Of a DNA stretch of 64,000 nt, positions 9,528-20,524 are shown in pieces (positions within the stretch are counted from its first letter, which is position 1; every line of letters starts with the position of its first letter). Source of the DNA: an uncultured candidate division Zixibacteria bacterium (lineage in GTDB: Bacteria > Zixibacteria > MSB-5A5 > UBA10806). The position numbers and the translations under genes were made by a program. The stretch spans positions 128,001 to 192,000 of the forward strand of contig CAWDFP010000007.1 in assembly GCA_963801605.1 (NCBI GenBank), given 5' to 3'. Under the pieces are notes generated by a model. The model had not been told where the DNA came from and did not search any database. It saw only the letters and a program-made list of their open reading frames with translations.

Positions 9528-10285
9528 GGGCAATTTTGAGAACCGCCAGGGAAGCTAAAGGCCTAAGCGTAGACCAACTGGCAACCCTCACAAAAATAAA
9601 TCCGTCGTTTATCGAGGCAATCGAAAACGGCCGTTGGGATTTGCTTCCGGGACGAGTTTATTTAAAGCCGTTTACTAAGCTATGCGCCGAGGCGCTGGGC
9701 TTAAGTGTCTCCGAACTTTATGATAAGATTGACGGTTTGACGCCTGAAGATAAAAAAAGATACGAGGTTCCTGTAGCTGATCCAACGCCTGTCGCGCCGG
9801 GACCCAAAAGAGTCGATTACAAGATTCCGATAGTAGCGATCTCGGTGCTGGTGATCCTGCTTATAATCTCGTTCGTAGTGAAGCAACGTCAGGCGATGCA
9901 GGGAAGCACCAGGGGGGATTTTGTAATACCGGCCAAGACATTATTTAAGAGGGGAGAGATCAAATGGGAGCGGCCCTGGGAGCGGCCGTCAGCGAATCCT
10001 CAATTCAATCATGGGCAAAGACTTCGCCTTGAGACCACTAAGGAGGTATGGGCGCTTGTCATTGCCGACCAGGATACGCTCTATAAGGGCGCATTACCGG
10101 CCTTAAGCGGAAAGACTTTCATGGCGGATAGCATTTTCAGGCTAAGCCTTTCGCGCAACGATTGTGTCAGCGCTTATCTGAATGGCGCAAAGGTTGCCGG
10201 TATAGGCGCCAGTCCGAAGAAACTCGGTAATTTCGTAATAGCTCCAGCGGTAAAGGAAGAGAACAGCCCCGATGAAATTAAATAG
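9512..10285 (+). CDS. RodZ-like HTH membrane protein
   Basis: N-terminal XRE HTH (LRTAREAKGLS...AIENG), one TM helix, DUF4115-like C-terminus. Confidence 0.8.
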   Translation: MPESLGAILRTAREAKGLSVDQLATLTKINPSFIEAIENGRWDLLPGRVYLKPFTKLCAEALGLSVSELYDKIDGLTPEDKKRYEVPVADPTPVAPGPKRVDYKIPIVAISVLVILLIISFVVKQRQAMQGSTRGDFVIPAKTLFKRGEIKWERPWERPSANPQFNHGQRLRLETTKEVWALVIADQDTLYKGALPALSGKTFMADSIFRLSLSRNDCVSAYLNGAKVAGIGASPKKLGNFVIAPAVKEENSPDEIK

Positions 10286-10814
10286 ATTCGCGGAGCATTA
10301 TGCTAAATTTACCTACGATCGCATCAAGATCGAACCGGTGACGTTTTTGGAAGCGTCGCGGGCGTTAATGCCTTGCTTGATTTGCATGCCGCCAAAACTC
10401 GATCTGCTCAAACCTGCGGCGGAAATTCTTCCGGAGATAGCGGCGGCTCTGACGAATCGCAGTTTGAAAATAATGGTAAGTTCCAGCATCGATCCGGAAT
10501 CACATGGCTATATCAGGAAATTTCATGTCATTCATACCGAACCCGGTGATTATGACACATTTTCGCTTCCCAAAAAACACTTCATTGAAAAGGTATGTTA
10601 CGGCGGCATCGGCATTGCCATAGACCTCGATTTGCGGCCCAACATGTTTAACGCGGTATTGGCTCTTCGTTCCGGGGCAAAAGTGAGAACATCGTTTGAC
10701 AAAGCGGTAGGGCTCCCCTACTATAATATGATAGTAGGCCCGGGCGATCCGGAAAAAGATCCAAGGGCCTCATACAGGGTAATGGCTGACGTGATCGGCA
10801 ATTTCAGTTTCTAA
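10272..10814 (+). CDS. Hypothetical protein (resembles the N-terminal half of GT9-like folds)
   Basis: Operonic overlap; IAIDL...LRSGAKVRTSF motif. Confidence 0.55.
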   Translation: MKLNRFAEHYAKFTYDRIKIEPVTFLEASRALMPCLICMPPKLDLLKPAAEILPEIAAALTNRSLKIMVSSSIDPESHGYIRKFHVIHTEPGDYDTFSLPKKHFIEKVCYGGIGIAIDLDLRPNMFNAVLALRSGAKVRTSFDKAVGLPYYNMIVGPGDPEKDPRASYRVMADVIGNFSF

Positions 10815-10825
10815 AGGAGAAATTC

Positions 10826-13800
10826 GTGTACTTGTCCCAGCTTGAGATACTCGGCTTTAAGTCGTTTCCCGAAAAAACAATTTTGGAATTTAGCGGCGAT
10901 GTAACCGCCGTGGTCGGTCCTAACGGCTGCGGCAAAACCAATATTTTAGATTCCATTCGATGGGTGCTTGGCGAGCAGCGTTCCTCCGCATTGCGAAGCT
11001 CCAAGATGGAAGAAGTAATTTTCAACGGCACCGCGGCGCTAAAGCCGCTGGGATTGGCCGAAGTCAATTTAACAATTAAGAATAACCGCGGTATTCTGCC
11101 GGTTGAATATGACGAAGTAGTCATTACTCGTCGTCTTTACCGTTCGGGGGAATCGGAATATCTTTTAAACAAAAGTCAATGCCGTCTAAAAGATATCATG
11201 GAGCTATTTTATGATACAGGTATGGGTCCGCATGCCTACAGCGTTATTCAGCAGGGTATGGTTGACGCCATTCTCTCCGATAAAGCTGAGGATCGCCGCA
11301 ATCTATTCGAGGAAGCCGCCGGAGTTACAAAATATAAACATCGCAAGAAAGAAGCGATTGCCAAGCTCGAAGCCACCCGGGCAGATTTACTTCGATTGGG
11401 CGATATAATCGCCGAAATTGAAAAACAAGTCGGTCAGCTTCGTCGGCAGGCTGCGCGCGCCCGGCAGTTCAGCCATCAAAAAGACGGCCTAAAGGCGCTC
11501 GAAATAAAATTAGCCGCCAGCCAAATATATGAATCACAGGGAAAGCATCATGAATTGGAGGCGAGGCGGAATAGCTTGCAGGACGAGCTAACGACCATTA
11601 ACGCCGAATTCGAAAAAGGCGAGATGAGCGTTCAGGAATCTCGTCTCAAAATGGCGGAACTGGAAAGCCAGGCATCGGAGAGGAGACAGGAACAATCGAA
11701 TCTCACAGCCAAAGCCGCCGAGATCGAAAGCGAAATCAAGCTCAATAAGCACCGTATCGAGACGGCTGGCAAAGAGATCGAGAACAGCAATACCGAAATG
11801 GCGGCGCTAAATAGCCGTATCGTTTCTCTGCGTCAGGGCGCTGATGATAATTCGACAAAGTTAGCAGGAATGGATAGCGAAAAGGAATCGCTCCTGGCTG
11901 GAAGCACCGAGCTTGAAAATCAATTATCCGAAAGAGCGCAGGAATTAGCTCCCTGCGAGGCCGCGGTCAACGAAGTTAGGGGCCGTAACACGAAAATCGC
12001 AGAAAAACTTTCGGCTTTAAAAGCCGAGGCCGCTTCGCTTATCGAGATGAAGCGAAATCTCGAAAAGAAATTATCCGAAGTTCGTCAGGACGCGGAGGTT
12101 ATCGATAGCTCCAGGAGCAAGGAGCAAGATAATCTATCGACTCTCGAGCGTCGGCACTATGAACTTGAACAAAATATCGAAGATATCAAATCAAAACTCC
12201 TGGCCAAAACCGAAGAGATATCAAAATTAGATGGTCAGCTTACACAAGATCGAGAGCAATTGGCAAAAGATAAAGCGGAGATTTCCGGGCTCACGGCCAG
12301 ACAGGAACTACTTGGCCAATTGATTGAAACGGGCGAGGGTTATTCCAGCGGAGCCAAAAGCCTCTTGAATTGGGATTCGAGGCCTGAGGGTATGATGTCG
12401 CCTTTTGCCGAAATACTGGAAGTCCCGGAAAAATATAGAGCCGCCGTTGCCGCGGCGCTTGGCGATCAGAGCGAAATCATACCGGTTAAAACTGCGAATG
12501 ACGCCCAAACCGCTATTTCTTATTTGAAAACAAATGAAGGCGGCAGGGTTAGTTTTCTGGTTATGGAAAAACTCAATTTGGCGGCTTTTAATTTTGAACG
12601 TCCCCAAAGCGCGCCGGGATTTTTGAGTTTTCTCGATGAGATTGTGGGGTATCCGGATCAATATCGTTTGGCGGCCAACCTCCTGTTGGGCCGCACAGCG
12701 CTGTTTGAAACAAGAGAGTCAGCCATTAACGCCGATGGAGATTGGGATAGTTTCGCCAAAGTTGATCTAGATGGCACCGTGATTTTGCCTCCAGCGATTA
12801 TCAAAGGCGGAAAAGCCGCCCAAAGTGTTATTGGACGGCGGCAGGATTTGAGCGAAGTCAAGGCGCTCATCAGTGAGCTTGCGGGTAAGATTGAAAAAAC
12901 GGAAGCTGAACTGCAAGAGAATTTAAGAATTCATCAAATCCAAAAGGATGAATCCGGAATTCTCGATAATAAATTGCAGCGAATAGATGACGAAAAGCGA
13001 AAAGTCGATGCCGAATTAGGGCAGATGAAATTTGATTTCAAAGAACGGCAAACAAAATATGATGCCGCGTTGGATCAAGCGTCCAGTTTTTCCGGCGAAA
13101 TAAAGAATTACGAACAAAAGCTTGAGCAGATACAAATTGATCAAAAGGCGCTCGAAATCGATGCCCACCAGGGGGCCGAGGAGCTAAACGAATCCTCCAC
13201 GAAGCTGTTAACGCTACGTGAAGAGGTTTCAAAGCTTGAAGGAAAACTTACCGAAGCGCGCATTAAATTAATCGAGCATGATGGCATGGCTGCCCAGCTC
13301 CGTTCCGATATCGAGCATGGGCAGGAGTTGTGCGCCGAGGCCGAAAAGATGATCGCCGCGCATAAAGCCAATATCGAGCGGGCACAGCAGCTGACTGAAA
13401 CTTCGAAAAATAAGAACGAGGAACTGGAAACATCGATATATGATATCTTTGCGCAGCGCCGCGAGGTACAGGATAAGCTTCATGAGGCTGAAGATGCCAT
13501 TACGGAGCATCGGGAAAACGCCGGGCGTATCGATGATAATCTTTCACGGCTCCGCAAAGAAAAAGATCGGCTGACATCAACCATACATGCGCTTGAGATG
13601 GAATTCCTGGAACAGGAATCAGCACGTAAAGCAATACTGGAACGTTTGCGGATGGAATTCAACATTGTATCTCTTGAACCTGCTCCGCTTCCTGACGGCA
13701 AAAGCTATGACGAGGTTAGAAAAGAAGCTGATGAAATTCGCATCCGGCTTTCAAAGATGGACCCTGTTAATCTCATGGCAGCCGAGGATTACGAGCGTGA

Positions 13801-14395
13801 AAAAGATCGTCTGGAATTTCTCATTCGGCAACGTGATGATCTGACCGACGCCGAGAACTCCCTCAAAGAAGCCATAAGCCGAATCAACATTACGGCAGAA
13901 ACGCGGTTCAGGGAAACATTCGCCCTGATTCAGGCTAATTTCGAACAGGTCTTCCTGACTCTTTTCGAGGGCGGTGAGGCGCGGTTGGAGCTCGAAAACG
14001 AATCCGATCCGCTCGAAAGCACCATTAAGATTTGGGCTCGGCCAGGCGGCAAGAAGCTGCTTTCGGTATCTCAGCTTTCGGGAGGGGAGAGGGCTTTAAC
14101 GGCAATCTCGCTGCTCTTTGGAATTTACCTTGTAAAGCCCAGCCCGTTTTGCATTTTGGATGAAGTTGATGCCCCGCTCGATGACGCCAATCTCCTGCGC
14201 TTTATCAAGATCATAAAGAAGTTTTCGGGCAGTACGCAGTTCATCGTGATCACCCATAACAAAATCACGATGGAAGCCTCCGATGTACTCTATGGTGTTA
14301 CGATGGAAACTCCCGGAGTATCTAAAGTGGTCTCGGTCAAGTTTGGCGACAATGGCAACGGCAATGGAAATGGGCACGGTAACGGTAATAACTGA
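10826..14395 (+). CDS. smc: Chromosome segregation protein SMC
   Basis: GPNGCGKTN Walker A, coiled coils and hinge, LSGGE signature, LDEVDAPLD. Confidence 0.98.
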   Translation: MYLSQLEILGFKSFPEKTILEFSGDVTAVVGPNGCGKTNILDSIRWVLGEQRSSALRSSKMEEVIFNGTAALKPLGLAEVNLTIKNNRGILPVEYDEVVITRRLYRSGESEYLLNKSQCRLKDIMELFYDTGMGPHAYSVIQQGMVDAILSDKAEDRRNLFEEAAGVTKYKHRKKEAIAKLEATRADLLRLGDIIAEIEKQVGQLRRQAARARQFSHQKDGLKALEIKLAASQIYESQGKHHELEARRNSLQDELTTINAEFEKGEMSVQESRLKMAELESQASERRQEQSNLTAKAAEIESEIKLNKHRIETAGKEIENSNTEMAALNSRIVSLRQGADDNSTKLAGMDSEKESLLAGSTELENQLSERAQELAPCEAAVNEVRGRNTKIAEKLSALKAEAASLIEMKRNLEKKLSEVRQDAEVIDSSRSKEQDNLSTLERRHYELEQNIEDIKSKLLAKTEEISKLDGQLTQDREQLAKDKAEISGLTARQELLGQLIETGEGYSSGAKSLLNWDSRPEGMMSPFAEILEVPEKYRAAVAAALGDQSEIIPVKTANDAQTAISYLKTNEGGRVSFLVMEKLNLAAFNFERPQSAPGFLSFLDEIVGYPDQYRLAANLLLGRTALFETRESAINADGDWDSFAKVDLDGTVILPPAIIKGGKAAQSVIGRRQDLSEVKALISELAGKIEKTEAELQENLRIHQIQKDESGILDNKLQRIDDEKRKVDAELGQMKFDFKERQTKYDAALDQASSFSGEIKNYEQKLEQIQIDQKALEIDAHQGAEELNESSTKLLTLREEVSKLEGKLTEARIKLIEHDGMAAQLRSDIEHGQELCAEAEKMIAAHKANIERAQQLTETSKNKNEELETSIYDIFAQRREVQDKLHEAEDAITEHRENAGRIDDNLSRLRKEKDRLTSTIHALEMEFLEQESARKAILERLRMEFNIVSLEPAPLPDGKSYDEVRKEADEIRIRLSKMDPVNLMAAEDYEREKDRLEFLIRQRDDLTDAENSLKEAISRINITAETRFRETFALIQANFEQVFLTLFEGGEARLELENESDPLESTIKIWARPGGKKLLSVSQLSGGERALTAISLLFGIYLVKPSPFCILDEVDAPLDDANLLRFIKIIKKFSGSTQFIVITHNKITMEASDVLYGVTMETPGVSKVVSVKFGDNGNGNGNGHGNGNN

Positions 14396-15309
14396 TGGTT
14401 TTTAATAAATTTTTCGCAGGCCTGAAAAAAACCAGGCAGGCGATCGCGCAGCGAATATCGGGCATATCGACGATTTTGGGAGGAGGCAAAGGCCTCGATC
14501 CCGAAGTCTTAGAAAGACTCGAGGAAGCCCTTATCTCCGCCGATGTTGGCGCTATAGCGACCGCCAAAATCATCGAGGAGCTAAAGAAGAAACGCGAGGA
14601 CGAAGATCCTCAAGTGGTCCTGGCGCGGATAATTGCCGAACGATTTAATAAAGCACAACAGACATCAACTATTACATCCACAGTTAAGCCGCATGTGGTT
14701 CTGATTGTTGGAGTTAACGGCTCCGGCAAAACGACGACAATCGCTAAGTTGGCTCATCGGGCAATCGAGAAAAAGGGCAAAGTCATGTTGGCGGCCGCCG
14801 ATACATTTCGGGCCGCAGCCGGCGAACAGCTTGAGATTTGGGCCGAGCGCGTGGGAGCCGAACTAATCAAACAGAAGAGCGGTTCCGATCCTGCGGCGGT
14901 GGCTTTCGATGCCGTTAAATCTGCCCAGGCGCATAACACCGATCTGGTGCTGATCGATACTGCCGGGCGGCTTCAAACCAAGACCAACCTCATGGAAGAA
15001 CTAAAGAAGATCAAGCGGGTAGTTGGCAAAGCAATGGAGGGGGCGCCTCACGAGGTGCTTTTAGTAATGGACGCTACTACCGGACAAAACGGACTCTCGC
15101 AAATCGAATTATTCAATAACGCTGTGGCGTTGACCGGGATTGTGATGACCAAGCTCGATGGCACATCCAAGGGTGGGGTGTTAGTGGCCGCGGCTGAGAA
15201 ATATGGAATCCCGATAAAATTTGTGGGGTTAGGGGAAAAGCGCGACGATTTAATCGAATTCGATCCTCAATCGTTTGCCGAGGCGCTGGTAGGTGTCGGT
15301 GGTGAGTAA
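14395..15309 (+). CDS. ftsY: SRP receptor FtsY
   Basis: [32 protein letters not shown]. Confidence 0.98.
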   Translation: MVFNKFFAGLKKTRQAIAQRISGISTILGGGKGLDPEVLERLEEALISADVGAIATAKIIEELKKKREDEDPQVVLARIIAERFNKAQQTSTITSTVKPHVVLIVGVNGSGKTTTIAKLAHRAIEKKGKVMLAAADTFRAAAGEQLEIWAERVGAELIKQKSGSDPAAVAFDAVKSAQAHNTDLVLIDTAGRLQTKTNLMEELKKIKRVVGKAMEGAPHEVLLVMDATTGQNGLSQIELFNNAVALTGIVMTKLDGTSKGGVLVAAAEKYGIPIKFVGLGEKRDDLIEFDPQSFAEALVGVGGE

Positions 15310-15706
15310 GTCAGTCACTATATCTTTAAACACCGAACGACGAAATCAGATTATCGATATAACCGCCAGGGTAGAGAAGATAGTCGCTGACTCCGGAGTT
15401 AAAGACGGACTGGCCCTGATTTTTGTGCCTCATACTACTGCTGCCATAACGATAAATGAAAATGCCGATCCCGATGTAAAATCCGATATACTTGGATACC
15501 TGGAAAAACTTATTCCTCAAAATGCCGGATTTCGCCATTCGGAGGGCAATTCCGATGCCCATATCAAATCGAGCCTGGTTGGTTGTCAGGTTATGGTTGT
15601 TATCGATGATGGGCGGTTAGTACTTGGTACCTGGCAGGGGATCTGTTTCTGCGAATTCGACGGCCCGCGGAGGCGAAACATAATAGTGAAGGTTATTGCT
15701 GATTAA
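15302..15706 (+). CDS. yjbQ: YjbQ/UPF0047 family protein
   Basis: HTTAAITINENADPDV, HSEGNSDAHIKSSL, LGTWQGI; start uncertain (15293 or 15302). Confidence 0.92.
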   Translation: MSKSVTISLNTERRNQIIDITARVEKIVADSGVKDGLALIFVPHTTAAITINENADPDVKSDILGYLEKLIPQNAGFRHSEGNSDAHIKSSLVGCQVMVVIDDGRLVLGTWQGICFCEFDGPRRRNIIVKVIAD

Positions 15707-15721
15707 AAAAAAGCTTGTTCG

Positions 15722-15766
15722 TGCCTCAGGATGGTGGAAAACATCCATCTTGAGGCATATAAAAAG
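15722..15766. repeat. Palindromic interspersed repeat, copy A
   Basis: TGCCTCAGGATGG...CCATCTTGAGGCA-TATAAAAAG; related copy at 25865-25918. Confidence 0.7.
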
Positions 15767-15796
15767 AATGGCTTTCATAATTTTCTCATAAAAACA

Positions 15797-17304
15797 TTAC
15801 TTAATAAATTCAACCTTAAGACACTTCTCAAGCATCTCTCCTTTCCGCCCGATGAAGTAAGTCCCCGAAGAAAGCGGCTGGTTATCAGTTCCCTTACCAT
15901 CCCAAATTATTCTTTGACTTCCCTTCTCAAAAGGGTATTGCCTTATTATTCTGCCCCCTATATCGTAAATATTTAATATGCCGGGTTCATTGGAAATAAT
16001 GGATATTGTAATAGAGGAATTAAAGGGGTTGGGATAGGCGGAGAGGGAAAAATCCGTTGGAGGAGATAAATCCGGCTCATCCACACTATCTGTAGAATCA
16101 GGAGTGAACTTTTTATAGTATATTTCACTTGCTCCGCTTTCCAATTCTTCCCGCCACGCAACATGGATTTTTCCATTATCAAGCGAAACTGAGGGATCAT
16201 AAGACTCACCTATTGTATTAGTGATTCTTTCTTCACCCTGCCAGGTTTGGCCGCTATTATTGCTTCTATTAAAGAAGATTTCATGCGCACCTTCATCATA
16301 GAAGCGCATATCAGACCAGACCATAATTAGAGTATCGGCCACAAAATCAATTTGGGGGTACCAAGCGGTATGATTATTAGTAGCTTGATATTCACCAGGC
16401 CAGCTAAGACCTCCATCGTTTGAAATAGCGGCAAAGATATCTCCATGAAATGAGTACTGAAAATACCTGAAATCCAAATACCCGGTTGTCAATCTGCTCT
16501 GTTTGTTTGTTACAGGCAAGGCATGCATCTGCAGACCAGTTAGGGGTATTGGGAGAAATCCAGATAGTATCAGACCAACTCCTTCCGGCATCGGTGCTTC
16601 TATAGCCAAAAACGTGACACTCATGCCTACTTGAATCGGCAGTTCCAGCCCATGCAATAAGTATTGACCCATGGCAATAAATCATCTTAATCGGCTGCGA
16701 TTCTATGGCAATAGGATGTCCGACTGTTATCTCATTGCTCCAAGATGGCCATAATTATAGGAATATGTGGCCCTAATAGGGACTCAAGGCCGGTAGAGTC
16801 ATTGTTATAACTGTAATAGACCAGAAATATAGAATCCCCTTTAACCGCTGAGACCGGATAGGTAAAATGGTTGGGATTGTTCGTATAGACGTAAGAAGGG
16901 GCGCTCCAGGTGGCTCCTCCATCAGATGACTTTCTTATTCCAATAGAGGAGATGTTCATAAGAGAATCGCCATCAATCCAGCTGACCAGCAAGCCCCTTT
17001 CAGTCGGATTCAGAGTGGGAAGAGCTCCCCTATGACCAGGTACATTGAGATTAATAATATTGACCCCAGGTATTACCGCCATCGGTGCTTCTAATATAGG
17101 AGACATTACTAAGCCCCATGTGAAACCAAACCACATGCACCGTATCTCTCTGGCAATTACCTGCGGGCTGATCTCATTGCCCCTATAGGTAAGGCGCACG
17201 TTTTCAGACCAGCCGGCATGGGCGGTATTTGCAGCGCATAATAATTGCAGAGATATAAAACTAAGTATGCACAGGTATGATTTTTGGGGGTTACAAATTC
17301 TCAC
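15797..17304 (-). pseudogene. Secreted BNR/Asp-box (sialidase-like) repeat protein with PNPFN C-terminal domain, broken by at least 5 frameshifts
   Basis: Signal peptide from GTG 17304; SxDGGxTW Asp-boxes spread over three frames; C-terminal AYPNPFN...IYDIGGR...WDG...SSGTYF. Confidence 0.7.
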
Positions 17305-17493
17305 AGCGGTTCCTTTCCGTTTGAAAAGAATTCCGGCATCCCGATGCAAATATAATAAGTAAGGTCCGTATTTGTCTATTGATTTATTGGGTATTTCCCG
17401 GCTAAGACGTTACCGAAAGGATATTAAATATTCCTTGCCGTAAATCAAATAATATTATAAATTTAGTGTCTAAACTATAATAAGGAGCCCTGG

Positions 17494-18165
17494 ATGAGTG
17501 CAGATAAAAGACCTACCAAACGTTCGATGAAGGAAGATAGATTAGTTTCAACCACCTTCAAAGCCACCGAGTATGTACAGAAAAATCAAACCCCGTTCAT
17601 TATCGGCACTTTAGCCCTAGTGGTAATCTTTGCCGCCGTAATGTTTTTCAGATGGAGCGGCAACCGCAAGAAAACCGAATCAGCCGCTCTGCTTTCCCAT
17701 GCCGAAATGCTGGGAGCGGTCGGCCAGATGGATCAGTATGCGGCCGAGCTTCAGCTTTTAGCCGATAATTACGGTGGAACGTCAGCCTCTAAAATTGCCA
17801 CCCTGCGCCTGGCTGACAACCTTTTTTCTGCCAAGCAATATGCTCAGGCCGAAAAATATTTTAATGAAGTACTCGATAATTACTCATCTGACATTATGGC
17901 CGCCGCCAGCGCCGCCGCCGGTATAGGCGCCGTCAATGAAGCTAAGGGAAATTTCGCAGAAGCCGCGAAGTACTATCAGCGGGCCGCGGATTACAAATCC
18001 GGCGAACTCTGGACTCCGGGATACCTGCTCAAAGCGGGACAAAATTTCGCAAAGGCCGGAGATAAAAAATCTGCCCAGGCGGCGTTCGACGAAATAAACC
18101 TGAAATTCGCAACATCATCTGAAAATAATATCGCCAAAAGGTCATTAGCCGAGCTTCAGAATTAG
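17494..18165 (+). CDS. Membrane-anchored TPR protein (YfgM-like)
   Basis: EDRLV...N-terminal TM helix followed by TPR helices; RBS AAGGAG. Confidence 0.75.
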   Translation: MSADKRPTKRSMKEDRLVSTTFKATEYVQKNQTPFIIGTLALVVIFAAVMFFRWSGNRKKTESAALLSHAEMLGAVGQMDQYAAELQLLADNYGGTSASKIATLRLADNLFSAKQYAQAEKYFNEVLDNYSSDIMAAASAAAGIGAVNEAKGNFAEAAKYYQRAADYKSGELWTPGYLLKAGQNFAKAGDKKSAQAAFDEINLKFATSSENNIAKRSLAELQN

Positions 18166-18189
18166 TCGGCTCCGGCACGGGCAGAAGCG

Positions 18190-20361
18190 ATGGCTCCGGC
18201 GGGGACTATAAAATATAGCGGCCCGAGGCTCAAACTCGGGTTTCTCTGGCATCAACATCAACCATATTATAAAGATCTCCTGACCGGAGAATATTTACTT
18301 CCATGGGTGCGCCTGCATGGCGTAAAAGATTATCTCGATATGGTTGAGATTTTGGATACTCACCCAAATCTGAAACAAACGTTCAATATGGTTCCATCGC
18401 TATTGGAGCAGCTTGATGATTATGCCAGGGGAGAAGCGCTTGATCCGCATCTGGCTCTAAGCCAGAAAAAAGCCGAAGAGCTAAGCGATGACGATAAAAT
18501 CCAGATGATAAATCTGATGTTTCAGGCAAATGCCGATACCATGATTAGCCCCTTCAAGCGCTACGCATTTCTTTTCAGGGATCGTCAGCGCGCGGTCGTA
18601 AATTGGACAAGCACTGAATGGCGAGATCTACAAGCGCTGGCAAATCTGGTCTGGATCGATCCCATGTATCGGACTAAAGGGCGGCTTCAAGAATTGATGT
18701 CGAAAGGGGAGGGGTATAGCGAATCCGAAAAACAGGAAATACTCGATGCCCAGAGAAAGATAATCGGGCAAATCGTTCCGGCATTAAAGAAACGTATGGA
18801 AAGCGGCCAAATCGAGGTATCGGTGACGCCTTATTTTCATCCGATTCTACCGCTGCTGTGCGATACATCATCCGCGCTGGTGGCAATGCCAAGCGCTCCG
18901 ATGCCTCAAAAGCGCTTTCAGCATCCGGAAGACGCCGAACGTCAGGTTGAGAATGCCGTAAATCTTTACAACAAATTATTTGGGCGAAATCCGCTTGGCA
19001 TGTGGCCATCTGAAGGTTCGGTTTCTGAAGATATAATTCCCATTATCAGCAAATATGGGATAAAATGGATTGCCACCGATGAGGAAATATTGGCTGAGAG
19101 CCTGGGTGTTTCCAGCCGATCCGATGATGCCTCGAGCTTAATGACATCCGGCCGGCTATATTGCGGTTATGAATTTGAGAAAAGCGGTAATCGAATCGCA
19201 ATATTTTTCCGCGATCATGCACTATCGGATAATATCGGATTTGTATATTCCGGTTGGGATGCCGAAAAAGCAGCTGATGATTTTATAGCCAAATTACAGG
19301 CCATCCATAAAAATATAATAGCTAAGAAAGTGGAAAATCCGATAGTACCGATAATTCTCGATGGTGAGAACGCCTGGGAATATTATAAGAACGACGGCCA
19401 CGACTTTCTGGAAGCATTATATAGCAGGATCGATAATACTCCCTGGCTTGAGGCAGTTACATTCAGCCAATTTTTGACTGACTCGCCCAAAATGGGGCAA
19501 TTGAAAAAACTGTTTCCGGGAAGCTGGATAAGTCACAATTTTGCGGTTTGGATCGGGCATCCAGAGGATAATCAAGCCTGGGATATGGTTTCCAGAGCCA
19601 GAGATGAATTGGTAGAGTTTCAAAAGAGCCATCCCGAATTCGATAAGAGGAAATTGGAGTTGGCCTGGAAAGAGATCTATATCTCCGAGGGTTCTGATTG
19701 GTGCTGGTGGTTTGGTCCTGACCATATAGGCCCAAATAACGATGATTTCGACAGACTGTTTCGATCCCATCTAGCCAATGTTTACCATTTTACCGACCGG
19801 GAGCCTCCGGCGGAGCTTTTCACACCGATTCGGTCCAATTTTATCGATGCGCACTACAATAAGCCTATAGATTTTATAAAGCCGGCCATCGACGGTAAAT
19901 TATCGCATTTCTATGAGTGGCAACAAGCCGGCTTTTTTGATTGCACCAAAGCCGGTTCAACCATGCATAAGGCTGAAAGGCTGATTTCGGGTATTTGGTT
20001 CGGATTTGATGAGACTAATCTATATTTCCGAATAGATCGCAGCGTTACGGTGGACCGCAGCCGCTTTGAGGGATTTAAGTTTCTTTTGGAGTTCTACAAT
20101 ACTCTTAAATCGGAATTATCCATTCAACCTAAAGAGAGGGTAATAAAATTCAATTCCAAGGATATTTCCGAGATAAAATTTGCCCTAGTCGATTTCTTAG
20201 AGTTTTCCATTCCGATAAAGATTTTATCCATACAAGGGGAAACCAAACTGTTGGTTCATCTTAGTATTATGGAAAATAATGAAACACTCGAGGTCTGGCC
20301 GCCGTCGGAGGCCCTAAGAATTGATTTGCCTGGGCCTGGATCGATTCCCTGGTCGGTATAG
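18190..20361 (+). CDS. Glycoside hydrolase family 57 (amylopullulanase-like)
   Basis: WHQHQP, HPILPL, GMWPSEG, LDGENAWEYY, EGSDWCWW. Confidence 0.93.
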   Translation: MAPAGTIKYSGPRLKLGFLWHQHQPYYKDLLTGEYLLPWVRLHGVKDYLDMVEILDTHPNLKQTFNMVPSLLEQLDDYARGEALDPHLALSQKKAEELSDDDKIQMINLMFQANADTMISPFKRYAFLFRDRQRAVVNWTSTEWRDLQALANLVWIDPMYRTKGRLQELMSKGEGYSESEKQEILDAQRKIIGQIVPALKKRMESGQIEVSVTPYFHPILPLLCDTSSALVAMPSAPMPQKRFQHPEDAERQVENAVNLYNKLFGRNPLGMWPSEGSVSEDIIPIISKYGIKWIATDEEILAESLGVSSRSDDASSLMTSGRLYCGYEFEKSGNRIAIFFRDHALSDNIGFVYSGWDAEKAADDFIAKLQAIHKNIIAKKVENPIVPIILDGENAWEYYKNDGHDFLEALYSRIDNTPWLEAVTFSQFLTDSPKMGQLKKLFPGSWISHNFAVWIGHPEDNQAWDMVSRARDELVEFQKSHPEFDKRKLELAWKEIYISEGSDWCWWFGPDHIGPNNDDFDRLFRSHLANVYHFTDREPPAELFTPIRSNFIDAHYNKPIDFIKPAIDGKLSHFYEWQQAGFFDCTKAGSTMHKAERLISGIWFGFDETNLYFRIDRSVTVDRSRFEGFKFLLEFYNTLKSELSIQPKERVIKFNSKDISEIKFALVDFLEFSIPIKILSIQGETKLLVHLSIMENNETLEVWPPSEALRIDLPGPGSIPWSV

Positions 20362-20447
20362 GATCGTTAAAACCCAACGACTGACGCAACATAATTGAAG
20401 GGAGGTTGGATTTTGGCCAACCCTTACCCCGTTCTAACCTTATTACA

Positions 20448-20475
20448 ATGTCCTATAAGATATATTATGTAAACT
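20448..20475 (+). other. dif: dif site (XerC/XerD chromosome dimer resolution)
   Basis: ATGTCCTATAA-GATATA-TTATGTAAACT with 11-6-11 architecture; right arm identical to the Bacillus subtilis dif XerD arm; intergenic between convergent genes. Confidence 0.88.
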
Positions 20476-20524
20476 TACGATACGGATAGACCGCTCTTTC
20501 CGAGCCAAAGCTTCCTCTTTTGGG

